This document shows, one piece after another, positions 38,339 to 51,886 of a stretch of DNA of 64,000 nt (the first letter of the stretch is position 1; each line of letters opens with the position of its first letter). This DNA comes from Lama glama (taxonomy: Eukaryota). The DNA is taken from assembly GCA_028534125.1 (NCBI GenBank), contig CM052832.1:23748001-23812000 (forward strand), read 5' to 3'. Position numbers and translations under genes: made by a program. Below the pieces are notes generated by a model. The model did not search any database and had not been told where the DNA came from. It saw nothing but the letters and a program-made list of their open reading frames with translations.

Positions 38339-40669
38339 CTGTGGGAGAGAGAAGACAGAAAGTGTTCTATTGAGGTTGATGCCCTTGCTGAGAGCTGGGA
38401 TTCTGCCTACATCACTCAGAACCTACTGCCAATGAGGGTGTGGGGTTCTCAATTCACAGAGGGCACCCAGGGGTACACCTGCGCATCATGGGCCTGTTTA
38501 GGAAGACCTGGGACCGAGTCAGGGTCTGCCTTGGGAACACGGAGCATAACACAGCTGTACAGCCCTGTTAGTAGACACTGCATGTCCAGGATTCACACCA
38601 ACCCAAAGGCAAACACAGCCACATTCACAGGTTCATGTCCAAAGCTCAGGATATAAATGAAACTGGGTTTTGGCCAATTGATAATCAAAAGAAAAAAGTG
38701 GTCCAACTGATAAGAGGATTCTTTTGAGGACATTGGGAATTGCACCCACCAATAAGAGAGCGAGACTAGTGAAAAATATTCAGTGGTTAGCTTTTTGAGG
38801 TGCTAAAGAAAGGGGTACTGAAGCCCTTTCTTTGCAACTCATTTTTCAAGTATGCGTGCCTTAAACTGAACCCCAAGTGAGGACCATACATGACCTGGAT
38901 ATCTGTCAAACACGAAGATGATCAGGGTCCAGGACCCCTCTGATGGTTTGGTTCATCTAATGCTGACTCTTAGTGAACCAGAGAAAAGTTAATTTTGCCT
39001 GAGCAAGACCTATGATTATTCTTTTCTCTGCTATGCACAGTGCAACTGTCATTTTCAGTATGAAGTTCTAACAAATTCAAATGGTAGTAAGAGGGGACAG
39101 ACAAGAGAAGGATTTGTCTTAATGTTTTGAGAGGATCCCATAGAGGAAGTCACAGAGTTAAAACTAGTAGGACAGAAGCAAACATATACAATAACCGTGT
39201 TTTATATACCACTTTACTCTTAAACCCCGAAGCAGAACTGTACAGCTATGGTAAGGAATGGTGAACTAATTCAATTTAAAAAATAGGAAACTTTAAAAAT
39301 GGAGAGTGATGAAAATGTGGCTTAGACTCACATATTTTCAATACCAAATACAGTATGTAAAACATCGCATAAGTGCTAAATATTAACAAAGACAGCAGAT
39401 CCTTGTTTTCATAAAACACCCAGTACTACGAAGTGCCCATATCAGGAAGTTTTAATCTGCAGTAGTTTTCAGTTAAAAAAAAATCCACACTGTTTTCAAA
39501 GTACTTAGATAATCCCTATCAAGTGTAGAATTACCCTGAAAAGAAAAGATTTATCTCTTATTCAGAATGCACAACTTAAAAACTGAGCAGGCTGGAGGTC
39601 TCGTCTCCTGAAATTATAATTTGTGATATTCTTCTGTTTGTAAGGAAGAACAGCCTGACTCCATCAGGATTCTTGGGTCAAGGAGAAAATGACTGCACAG
39701 TTCTTGAGACAGACCAATTTTTTTTTCCAGTACCTTAAATATTACCTATTACATTACTGGGGTGAAATTTGAGAGTTTGCTCTGAATTATAAACAGTGTA
39801 AAATAGAAGCATGGTGCATCAGACAATATTCCAGTCCTCAGTTCCAGACACTCAGAGCCATGGAGTATTACTTTTACTCATCAGCACATAATAACTAAAA
39901 CAGTCAGTGAAGGGGCAGGACCCTCCCTGCCATCTGAAACACTGAGTCTTTAACATTCTCCTATTCTGTGGAAAGGGGAGACACACTGGCTTCTAAATCT
40001 TAGAATGGCTTAGATGGTTTCCTGGCTCTCAGAATTCAGAGTCTCTCTCCAAGAGCCATTAAAGGATACTCACTGAAACCAATGGGCCACATATTCAACT
40101 TCTGGTAATTCTGATACATTCAGTGGCTGAGCCAGGAAGACCAAAGGATTTACTGCAACAAATGTTAACTATAAAAGCCAAAAAAATAGCTCAGGACCAG
40201 CTGAAACTCTGCCTTCGGCTTATCCTTTGTAGGCTCTGCCTCTGTGACCCCGGTGGGAGCACAAGATGAGGCGCTAGTTTCCAAGGTGACCTGATGGTCA
40301 GTACTCAGGAGCTTTCCAGTATGGTGTCCTCGAGGGCAAACTTGGACATTCCCTTAACAGAATCTCTGTCAGCTGCCCCTGTGACAAACTTATCTCTGGC
40401 TCCTCCCCTCTTCTCCTCCTGCAGGCTACTACAGCACGTGGTGCCAGAGCTTTCTGCGTTCTTCTGTGCCTGGCTATCAGTGGCAGCCATGTCGGCTGGA
40501 ATTACAGCCAGACACTGTCTTCAGGTGTCCCTGTCGGCCAGAGGGGAGATGGTCAGGGGAGGGAAGGAAGCCAAGAATTCTGGAAAGGCCTGTATGTGCC
40601 AGGCACTGGTTATTTTCATTCATTTAAGAGATATTTAATGCTCAGTAAAGGACAGGCTCTTCGCCAAGG

Positions 40670-40832
40670 CTCCCCAAACTTGCCTGAACATTAGAATCAT
40701 CTGGGGATCCGTCAGACATTCCAAAGCTCGGGCCACATGCAGGAACACTCTCTGGGGAGGCAGGACATGGGCGCCAGATTTTCCAAAGCTCCCTAGATGA
40801 TTCCAGTGTGCAGACAAGGTTGGGAACAACCA
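40670..40832. mobile_element. MER5-like DNA transposon relic
   Basis: ccccaaacttgcctgaacattagaatcatctgggga...aagctccctagatgattccagtgtgcagacaaggttgggaacaaccact. Confidence 0.6.
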
Positions 40833-42366
40833 CTCTACGCTTTGTCCTGAGATGGATCTTAGTCACCACAATGATATTACTAGGACTGAAATCCCTTTCT
40901 AACAGAAAATAAAACAGCAAGTCAGAAAGTCTGACCCAATATTAAACAGCCTGTAAATGGCAGAAGCATAATTCAAGCACATATCTGCTTGACTGTGAAG
41001 CCTTCTTCAGGGAAATCCTTTATGCTATATTTAGACATGGGGGAAAAAAAGGCGCTAGTCAAATGAAAGAACCAGAAGTATGGGCTCCCTCAACAGATAC
41101 GCAGTGTTGCTCTTGGGCCGCTGGCTTAAACATGCATGAAGTATTGGGAGGTGGTGTAATAATTTAATTTAAGTTTTACGCTCACTACTCCTCACATCCG
41201 TCAGACACCTTAGCAGCAGACCGAGCTCCTCCAGCCAACTCTGAGAGCAGACTTGATCCCATGGGGATGTGAGAGGTCGTGGGTGCCAGCACTGGCACCT
41301 CAGCACCAAGTCGCCCTGGACACTGCCTTGTTCTGATTCTGTGTCCGGGTTCTAGGAACCTTACTCATTGCCTTTCTCGTTTTTCCTGAGTATGTGTGGA
41401 TTCCAGAAATGGGGTCCTTGAGCCCCCCCCCCCCATCTTGGTTCCCTGCCTAGTGCTCACGTCGCTCTGGGATAGGGATCTGACCCTCACTCTGGGGACT
41501 GGAGATTTAAGGGCATTGCCCCTGGGTGTAAGCGTCCCTCAGAGGTAAAATCTCATGGCAGGTAATGCACCAGGTTGTCTAGACTGAATGAGAAGCAGTG
41601 GATCAGATGAAGCCTACAACCTCGGTCACCCATTGAAGGGTCCACTGCTTCTTATTCTCCGTGGGAGATGGGCCTGTGGGCAGTGGAGCTAAGAGGAGAA
41701 AGGAGGAGAAAGGAGCAGGGCGGGGCAGATCTGGCCCAGCCCACACCTGGAGTTAGGTCTGTGTAGGGAGACAGACGGAAGCTCCCACAGGGGCAAACCT
41801 GTCTGGAGATGCCGAGAATGGGTCTAGGAAGAGCTTCGGAGGCTGCTCCAGGAACCTGAGAGGATCCCGGGAGAGGCACAGAGGATCATATTTAATTAGG
41901 CTGCAGATTGCCTTCATTTCCTGGAACAAAGGCTACGGGGTCAGATCCGCACATGCAGAATAAAACAAAGACATTTAATAAAAGATGGTGTTTACACCTG
42001 CAAATTATCTGAGTACTTCTGGCCCTTCTAAAAGAAACCTTAACATTCTTTTATAGTGTGTTTTACCCTAACCAGTTTATTTCTATGGTATAGAATTACA
42101 CACCTAAAAACTCAGGACCTACAGAACTATGGTCTCCTGTGACATGCACAGGGTCACACAGACTGAAAAGTAGAGGTGAGGTGAGGACTGAAATGAAGGA
42201 AGCTGCAGGGGGAAGGGCTTAACCTGAGTTAAGCAGAGCAACCCCTACACAGATGCTTTTTAAAAATACAACCTCATCTTAATGAAATGAGTCTGAAGTA
42301 TATTAGAGCCCCAAACTGGAAACAATTGAAAACTATATTTTATTAAAGCCATTGTAACAGCGGCTT

Positions 42367-42443
42367 AAGAAAGAAAGAAAGAGAGAAAGAAAGAGAGAAA
42401 GAGAGAAAGCAAGCAAGCAAGCAAAGCAAAGCAAAGCAAAGCA
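42367..42443. repeat. Compound microsatellite (GAAA/GAGAAA, then GCAA, then GCAAA)
   Basis: Directly visible tandem units. Confidence 0.9.
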
Positions 42444-42899
42444 GCGCAGCACATTAAATGGCCAAATTCAGGGGGCAAAAGTTCACTTGTGTTGCAAGAA
42501 CACAACACAAAATCTAAAAATGCTGCTTTTGAAAGTTCTATTAAGATTAATTTTGAGAGCAGATGCTTGATTATCTACTTTTTTTTTTTTAAACGGGGGT
42601 GAGGGGCACAAAGACTTTTTAGAATGCCTGCAAATCCCTTTCTCTAAATTAATTTCAACTGTCCTGGGAACAGCTGCTTCCTCTGATTTTAAATATATGA
42701 ACTATAACTATAAAATAATGGAACCATTGTATGCGGCATGTGGAAAGCCTGTAATATTTCAGTTATATATACTATAAATATATATAATTATATAACTTTA
42801 TTACATATATTTATATACTAAAATGCATCAAAATTTTTTCATTATTACTTGAAATAATTACTAATCACTTTATTACTTTGTAATTTAGGTTTTCTTCTT

Positions 42900-43049
42900 C
42901 TCTAATTTTTGATTTACTTATTTTTTAGGGGAGGAGGTAATTAAGTTTATTTATTTACTTTTTTTTTTTTAAGTGAAGGTACCGGGGATTGAACCTAGGA
43001 CCTTGCGAATGCTAGGCAGGCACTCTACCACTGAGCTATCCCTTCCCCC
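42900..43049 (-). mobile_element. tRNA-Ala-derived SINE (Vic-1-like)
   Basis: Reverse complement GGGGGAAGGGATAGCTCAGTGGTAGAGTGCCTGCCTAGCATTCGCAAGGTCCTAGGTTCAATCCCCGGTACC...TAAATAAACTTAATTACCTCC. Confidence 0.85.
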
Positions 43050-46000
43050 AGAATTTAGATTTTATTCTGAAAGGGAAACGACAAGTTCTTAAATGAAATC
43101 TCCATATTGTTTTGCTAGTGACAATTACCTATGTAATTAACAGCCACTTCTCTCCACCACAACACACACCATTGCCTTAGTTACCCAGTTAATTTGGGTA
43201 CAGCCTAGCTTTGGATCTAGATAATCTACAAAAAGGACTCCAATTATCCATTTTGCTGAGTTTGTTGAAAGTAGGACTAATAGGGTACTTTTGGATGAAG
43301 GTTTTATGTCTTTGTGACAAAATTAAGCAGAAACAGTTGTTTAAGCAAAAAAAAAAAGTCAGCTGTAAAGAGAAGTTTTCCACCTAAAATTTTGTTTACT
43401 AATTAAATTTTTTGGAAATTTTCAACGTTCACTTTTTAAGTCCTAAGATTTTTCAAATATAACAGCAGGGGTAGCAGATGATTTGGTCTACATAGAGCCT
43501 AACTTTAATAAACAGACTGAAAATGAATCAGAGTAAGTAGGCTCATTTGTCCATTCAACATTGACCAAGTGCTACCTTGCAAGGAACTGGGTATATGAGA
43601 ATGGAGGCTTAGGTCTTGCTTGTTAAGAATTATGAGATTATGAGATTCTAGCGGGAGTGTTGAGTGCACAAAATAGTGGTTGCAGATGCAGTCTGTTATG
43701 ATGTCGTGCGTAAGATGAACGGGGACCCTGGGGGCACAGAGGAGGGTGTGACCAGGTCTCCTCAGCACAGTGGGGTCAAGGGAGCAGAAAATGGGCTGTG
43801 TGGCTTAGGCCTGGGCCACACCATCGAATGCTCTGTGGAGGACAGAGGTCCTATAAGGAGAGGTACTGAGGGGTTTTAAGCCAGGGAAAAATGTATATAC
43901 AGATAACATTAATCTCCAACTTTAAGAACAGGTCTGGCAACCTACGTCTTGGCCTGGGGTTTTACCAATTTTTTAAAAGGCAGAGATCAAGAAAATCAAA
44001 ATACCATGTGACAATTTCTTGGAACAGGTGGATTTTGTGTCTCACAACAGAGCCTTTGTTACGATGTTTCTTCTATAAAATTGGCTCAGTGATAGTAATA
44101 TTGTGAGCCACCTGTCTGCAAGTGTTTGCCGAGATCACAGATAGAGCTACTGAATGGAACAGCTGGCACGCAGTGGTCAGGTTTATGGGTTTTCCTGTCC
44201 ACCCTCCCTTACGGCCACCCCCCCAACTCCCCTGCACGCACGCACACAGATGGCTGTCGTCTGTTTCCTGGTCAGATTCTCTCTTTAGCTGTCCATCTCA
44301 GAGTCAGCCTGGTCCATTAATCACCCAGCTTACAGTTAATGCTCCCCAGGTACATTTTGTGTGCCCAATTACACACTTCAAAAGCGTTTAAAAATCATCA
44401 AGCCATTTCAGTCACAAATATATATTAACATGCCACAGCTACAGGAATTCGCGATGCTTTACAATGGAACCTTTTGGCTGATGCTGTTAATTAACTTTTC
44501 CAAAGACAAAGACTCTCAAACGGTCTTGTGTAACATGGCACACAAAGTGGGAGGATGATAAAACCCCTCACACACCCCAAGCGGAGGGTGCGATTAAAAG
44601 AATGACAGTGTCAGAACTAGAGACTAACATACACATAAATTAGTTTTCAAACCAATAGAAAATACTTTACAAATTCATGGTTTAGGATTTGTTTATATTT
44701 TAGACACCAAAACTATTTTCAGCGGGATGTACTCTGATCAAGAACTTAGTGAAACTGATACACTTCCAAATCTGTCAATTTCTGTAAGTACTTACGGATT
44801 TTACATTCATATTTATATCACACTTTTCTTGGCTGACAACCATATTCAAGAAAAAAAGACTGCACATAACTAACAGATGATCATCCTGTACAAGAAAAGT
44901 GTTAACCAAAGTGAATTTATGACTTCAGTCTCTATTCTCTTATTTTTATCACTTCCTATAATTCTGAGACTTCTGCCAATGAAAACAAACTTTCTGGGGG
45001 CCTTTCCAAGAAAACAGAATTGTTTAAAAATATTACAATGAAGGGCTGTATAATATTTTAAGCATATGTTTATTAACAATTTTTTAAAAGTCAATTTAGG
45101 GAATATTTCCTACTTCATTGATGGTAACAGAATAATCCTCGAATTTCAAGTTTCCACAAAAATACCAAGGATATTTTGTAAACTATCTACCGACCACCCC
45201 CTCTAGCTGTATGCATACAGAGTTCACTAAATAAAGCTTACAAATATTAAAAAAAAATCGTATGTATATAAAGTCAGCATAAAAAGATGGTCCCGAATCA
45301 TGAAGGAAATGTAGGGCCTATTTTGATCACTTCAAAGGCAAGACTTCAAACTCTCTTCGCCCAAGACAGAAGTACAAGAGGAAAGGTAATGGGAAACCCA
45401 AATCTCATGATTTTGTCAATGATTCTGGCTTCCTCATCCCCAGTCTTCCCACCCTCCTGGAGTCTCTGCATGTTGCTCCTTGGACGACCTGGAGAGATGT
45501 GAAATATGGCAGTAGATGAAAAAAGAACAAAAAATAAAGTCCCTCCAGAGAAGGAAAAACAGCTTTAAATTGGAAAACAGCCTGAGAATACCTTACACAG
45601 TCTGTATCAGTTTGTGGAAAGCAGTAATTTTGTGTTTTTATGTTTCCTAATTTATAGCTTTGGTTGCGGCCCTTCAAAAGACATAGGTGGTGATTCCTGT
45701 TTTACACGCCCAAAGGAGAAACGTTTGATAGAAGCAAACCAAGCCCTCAGAGAAGATTCCAGAAGAATATGGTGAACACAATCTAATTTGCTCAAGTGAC
45801 CCCAGTGTTTTGCATAAATTGTCTTGATAAGTAGACTTAATGATTAGTTTGGCTTTTTTTGCCACTGCTCTGTGGACCAAATCTGGGATTCCCAAATGCT
45901 CTTTTCTTGTCTGCCAGGCCAGCACTGGTAGCTTGAAAATACAATTTCTTATAAAAAAGAAAGAAAGATAAAATTAAATTTTCCATGGGAAAATTTTCCA

Positions 46001-47871
46001 GAGTTAAAGATAGCAGAGTATACCCATCAAAGAGGAAAAACTATAGATAGCCAACGGTTGTAAGACCAAGGGTGACATGTGGCTTGAATTATTTGGACAA
46101 CTACTCCATTTGGCTAGAAAAGTCTAGGTCTGAACTGTCACCGAACTGAAGTTTTTTGTTTCACTTTTGGATTTTAAAATCATAAAGAAACAGTTGTATT
46201 TCTCAAATTACCCACACTTGGTAAATGGCAGAGATCAGGGGTGAGGCAAAATGATAGTTGTTATAAAGATGATTTACATCTGGCTCTATATTTACTTAGG
46301 AAGAAATACAAAAAAATTTGTCTTTACTTATGAAAAATACAAAACATAGAATCATCAGCATCTCCTGAGGTTTACAGCAGAGGCACACTAAGACAAAGTG
46401 ACTTTTGTCTCAATTTCAGTTCCAAATTTCACAGGAAAGGTTAACTGGTGGTAGGTCTGGGAAAGAGCCTGTAATTTGCACAGCTTGTACCAAGGGTGCG
46501 ACCTGGACCAATAAACCTGGGCTTAGCTCTGTGTTACCATCTACAAAGGGTTTGTTTTACCTTTTGTAGACAATCTGCACCTTCCCCCCATCCCTCCTTA
46601 AGAAAATCTTTTTGCTTAATCTAACATTAGCTTGTATTTCCTGAATTTACACTAACTGGGAATTAGAGGCATGCAGGTGGCAAGGGACAGGTCGGGGGGA
46701 GGCGTTTGTGACTAATATGCTATTGCCTATGAGAAAATGCATTGTCCATTTCCATTACCATCATTAGATAGAAGAAATAAAGAAATAGTATTTATGTGGT
46801 TCTCAATGAACACAAGCTATAGTTAATGGAACAAGCCTCTGGAAATTTCACTGTGAAGAAATGTGATTACAAATGATTGTGTTCAACTTAGCAAATGTGT
46901 TTGGACACTGCCCTGTCCCAGCCACTGCTGCAGGTCCCAGGCAGAATGGCAAAAGGATTCTGCTTTCAATGTGCCCACAGCCTCGGAGGAGAGGGAAGAC
47001 ACTTCCATCTTCCCAGACGACAGGCACCAGCTCTGAGCCTTCGTGTCTTTGCTCAGGCTGTGCTTCTGTTTGGAAAGCTCTCCCCCAGTGTGCTGTCTGG
47101 AAGACTTTAACATATCCTTCAAGGCTCAACTCAAAGTTTTCTTCTTTTTGTAGGTTTTCTGGAACTCTCCTAAGAGGAAATGTCCTGTTTCTTTCTTACA
47201 AGGACCCATTAGGAACACCTTCATTATGACACCACATCATATTGTCATTATTTGTCTGTGAATTCAGAGTTGGTCTTCGCTCGAGCCCGAGCTCTGAAGA
47301 GTCACTCATGATTCATCTTAAAGTCACTGGTAATATGCCCAGTGCCTGAAACATGGTAGGTTCTTCATAAATATTCATGGAAGTGAATAAATAACTGCTT
47401 TATAAGGTAGAAAGTGCTTAGCGTCATAAAAGAAGTACAGATTTTAAGAAGTCGTGCGGAGGTTCTGTGGAGGGAAAGGACAACTTCCAGCTTGGGGCAG
47501 GGCGCGGTGATAAGCAGAGAGGCTTCTCGGAGAGAAGACCGTTTGAAATAGACCTTGAGGAAGGATGGATCAGATCTGACACAGGGAAATATGAGGAAGG
47601 GGATTCCAGGAGGAGGGTCCATGAGCTTTGTCATTATAGCAAATAAGTGTAACTGGATCATTAGCAATCACACAGGAACTTACAGATCCACATAAGTACT
47701 GTCTTTCAAAGCATTAGCTCCTGATGCCACACACTTGTTTAATGAAACTACTGGTACTCAAAACTTTATTTTAGGACTGCCTTCAGAGCTGCTTACAAAT
47801 ACACACACACACACACCCGCCTAGCTGATCATTCATGCCTTTGTATTCTGCTCCTTTTGAGTGAAAAGAGT

Positions 47872-47976
47872 GTTTTGTTTTGTTTTGTTTTTTTAATGGA
47901 AGTACTGGGGAACGAGCCCAGGACCTTGTGTATGCTAAGCGTGCGCTCTACCACTGAGCTGTAGCCTCCATCCCCC
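47872..47976 (-). mobile_element. tRNA-Ala-derived SINE (short form)
   Basis: Reverse complement CTACAGCTCAGTGGTAGAGCGCACGCTTAGCATACACAAGGTCCTGGGCTCGTTCCCCAGTACTTCCA followed by an A/(CAAAA)n tail. Confidence 0.85.
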
Positions 47977-49821
47977 TGGACAGCACGTTACTTGAATGAA
48001 TCCCTCTCCAAAGAGGGTCTCAATGGCTTTTGGCTATTTGAAAAGATAAAATTCACTTGTAAAGAAGGAACATTTGCTAGCACTTAGTATTCTAAAAAGG
48101 ATGGGACAACAGCTTTATCTGCCATTGCCTCTCTCACTGGAGGTGGGGAGGGACAGGGAGATGGATAATGTCACTCAGCCCTGGCAGCGATTACGGGGAG
48201 GCCCAGGCTCAGAAAGTGGGGAGCCCCTGGGAGTGAAGGCTAAGAGTGTGAACCCAAAGTCGTGGCACCTCAGGGATGAATGAAAACCCAGGGGGGGCGG
48301 TGCTCACTGTGGCTCTGCTCTGGGCTGAGACTGACAGCTGTGTTCACTCAAAGTTTCCTCTGATCCAGGCACCCGCGGCGCAGCTCTGGGGAGCATCTCT
48401 GCCTGCACCCTTAAACCACTACCTCCTGACTTTCCAAAGAGAGGACAGAGGAGAGAGTAGACAACTGGACACCCCCAATTACACCACTGCCTTCAACATT
48501 ATGCCTTAAGGAAAAGGAATTTTAAATGAACACACCTTAATTAAAAAATTCCCAAAGTGATGGTTTAAATAAATTAGAAATATTTATTAACTTGCTGGCC
48601 CCTAGTTTTAGAGAGTTCCAGTTCTTGGTTATGAAAAAGTCCTAGTAAATAAAATAATCTTGATCATTAAAGTGGGCAGTTTTAAAAGCCACTACCGTTT
48701 TGATTTAGGGAGAGAAAGATTTAAATACTCTAAAAACATTTACGCATTCTTATCAACTAACAATAAAACTCAAAGGTATTTATGAGATAATTAAATAGGT
48801 CTAAATATAAAAAGCTTACTTACAGCTTCAGAGTACAGCCAACTCAAACTAACTATTATGTATGGAACTGTAGGTATTTATTTGTGACCTGCACTTACTC
48901 TACTAAAGATATAGCTAAGGTAAAAATAAAATCCACAAATAATCCCCAAACTTCAAAGGGCAGAAGCTGAAGCTGTATGCAATACTCCATTAAGTCAGAC
49001 AGCTGGTCCATAAATAATGAAGAGATCATTACACAAAATCTTCTTGATCCTTCATCCTATAAAACTGCATCTAACACCAACCCTTCAGAAACTGAATTCT
49101 AAATAAAGGTCATTAATAAGACAGATGATGGCAGCCTTTTCCCAGTCCTCACTCTTCCCAAATTGTCACAGTTGATAGGCCAGCCTGGTGTTGTTAGAGC
49201 TTTAAGACCCTCGACTCTTTAGTTCTCCCCACCACTTAGTCTCTGACTGACTTACTCCATTCTCTAAGTAAGTGTCCCCCAAGGTTTTATCCTTTATCGT
49301 ATTCTCTTTTTTCTAGCTTCTCTTTCATTTGACAATAATCTCTAGGTCTCCCCCTTGGGTGAATTTCAGACCTGCATTTCACCTGCCTGCTCCACCTCGC
49401 CATCTAGATGGATGTCTCACCTGCACCTCAAATGCAACATGGTGAAAACTGCAGGTGAGTATTTTTCTTGCTCCTCTACTACCTTCTCTTGTTGAAATCC
49501 CTATTTTTATTGACGTTACTATGATTCTTTCCGACTTCTCGATTGGAAACTTTGTGTTTAGATTTGATTTCTGTCTTTTTTGTCTTCTAACTCAGTGTCC
49601 ATTTCACCTCTTGCATTCCATTGTCACTGTCACACTCAAGGTCACATCCTCATTACCCCATGCCTAGCATCCACTGAAGTCTCCTAACATGTATTAGGGT
49701 CTCTAATCTCTTGCCTTTTCTATTTATCTTGCACAATTGCTAGATCACTATTTACAGTGTGTAACTTTCTGCTTAAAAACCTATGGGAACATTGTGAATC
49801 AACTATACTTCAATAAAAACA

Positions 49822-50245
49822 AAACAAAACGGTGCCAGGTACCACAACAGTAACAGAACTTTGCTGTTTTCCGGGGGTTTTGTTTTTCACCTTTTTTTTC
49901 TATGGAGTATACTGGATGTCTCTATAATTTTGTTCAGATGACTGCAGAACCTGGAAACGCTCTTGTTGCAATTGATGCATAACATACTGCTATTGCACTT
50001 TTTATGTTAAAAAAATATATTATGATTTGAATTTTTGGAAACCTTAGCTGTGCCATCAACTTTGGAAGAAAAAACCCAGTATCCCAGTTGTACTGTGTCG
50101 GGTTGGCATTGTACAGAAATTAACAGCCATATTGGTCTAGAAACGTCAAACAGAATTTTTTCCATTTGTACAGTTTCTGTAATCAAATCCATGTAGATAA
50201 GACCTTACATATTTAATACCCCTGTACAAACTAATTAATATTACA
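49822..50245 (+). pseudogene. Possible retrocopied mRNA 3'UTR fragment (source gene not identified) between 25-bp direct repeats
   Basis: Bounded by exact AATCAACTATACTTCAATAAAAACA at 49797-49821 and 50246-50270. The interior is T-rich, looks like a 3' UTR and matches no repeat family I recognise. Confidence 0.5.
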
Positions 50246-50597
50246 AATCAACTATACTTCAATAAAAACAGAAAACCCAACCCCCCTAAAAGAGACTCAA
50301 ATCAAACGCAGCCCTTTGCTGCCCTTCCTGCCCACCCAGAAGTCTAATTAGCAAGGTTTATTTTCCAACATTGCCTTGTGTTGTTATTTATTTTTTGCAT
50401 TGTAATTAAAACCTGCAGCTTGATGGCAGAAACGGTAGCATTCATACAATGTCTGGTGTGTGCTTTGTACATGGTGGGTACCCAATAAATGGTTATTAGG
50501 TAAACGAAGTATTAAACAAATGAATGAGTAAAAACAAACCATCTCCCTTGAGTCTCCCTCAAGTTGGATTCCTTTGGCCCAACGTGAACACATTAGA

Positions 50598-50742
50598 GCA
50601 GTGCTTTTCAAATTTTAATATGCATATAAATCATCTGGGAAAATCTTGTTAAAATGCAGGTTCTGATTCAGGAGGTCTGGGGCGGGGTCTGAGAGTCTGC
50701 ATTTCTAAGTTCTCAGATTGCTGCTGGTCCAAGAACTACACT
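50598..50742. mobile_element. MER5A-like DNA transposon relic
   Basis: gcagtgcttttcaaattttaatatgcatataaatcatctggga...cttgttaaaatgcaggttctgattcaggaggtctggggcggggtctgagagtctgcatttctaa. Confidence 0.8.
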
Positions 50743-51754
50743 GTACTCCAGGGCTGGGTGTTCCTCCCATGTCTTCCTGGTCTGTGCAAGCACTGTGCTT
50801 TGTACTTTCCTTCAGCATGCTGCCCCCCCATCACGTTTATCATGCTGTACCGTTTATATGTTCTTCAGCTGGAATGTGACTGTCCATGACAGAAACTGTG
50901 TCTACTGTGTCACATATCCATCTCTGTGTTCTCAAGCACCTTGCTGAGACCCTGGTGCATGTAGGTGAGCGCTAAGCAACCTTTGTTTACTTTCCACAGT
51001 CTCCTTCAGGCTGAACTCAGAGCAGTTTCCAACCTGACTTCATTATCTGTGCGTTTAGGGCTCCTTTGTTAGTCAATGCCACGCCTGACTCCCTCTGAGC
51101 CGTCTGGATCTTTTCCACGGCAGAACGAAAGTAATTGGCTACCCAAAGACCCCGAAGGGAGCTAAAAACCTAGGAGCAATTATTAGACTGAGCGCCAGTG
51201 TGGTCAGGCAGACTGGGAGCCACTCTCTGTAGACCAGAGAGGAGATCAGTGGGCTGGAGACAACCAACACACCGGCTGAGGCTTCACCTGCTTACTTGGA
51301 TCCACAAACCTAAGGTACAGGTTTGGTACAAGTTCTAAATGAAAATTTTGATAAAAAGGATTGAGAACAGTCTTTGTTTGTAAAAATCAAGAGGAAGCCA
51401 GAGAGGCCAAAAGACTGGAAAACGCACAAGACATACATATTTAACGACGTGCTACAGAGTCTACATTATTTATAAGTCAAGATACCCTCTGGCTGTGTTT
51501 TAATTTGATCATCAGCAAACTGTTAAACTTTCACTTTGTTAATGGACATCTGGCATTTATGTTGAGAAATAGGCTGAAAAGAAATATCTACCTGGAGGGA
51601 AAGGAGTGATCATAGAATGTCTTGCTTTGAGAAAAACAGGACCCCACCTTGTCTGTACTTGTGACGACTCCCAAAGATCATTTTCTGGAGGTTTGGGGGA
51701 GGTTAGGATGGTGACAACTGCTGTATAGGATAGATTTTTAAAATGCACATTATT

Positions 51755-51886
51755 ATTATTATTTTTCTACGTGGGGGTGGAGGTAATTAGGTTTATTTAT
51801 TTTTTCAATGGCAGTACTGGGGATTGAACACCGGACCTCATGCATGCTAAGCATGCGATCTACCACTGAGCTGTACCCTCCCTGCC
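51755..51886 (-). mobile_element. tRNA-Ala-derived SINE (Vic-1-like)
   Basis: Reverse complement GGGTACAGCTCAGTGGTAGATCGCATGCTTAGCATGCATGAGGTCCGGTGTTCAATCCCCAGTAC...AAATAAATAAACCTAATTACCTCC. Confidence 0.85.
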
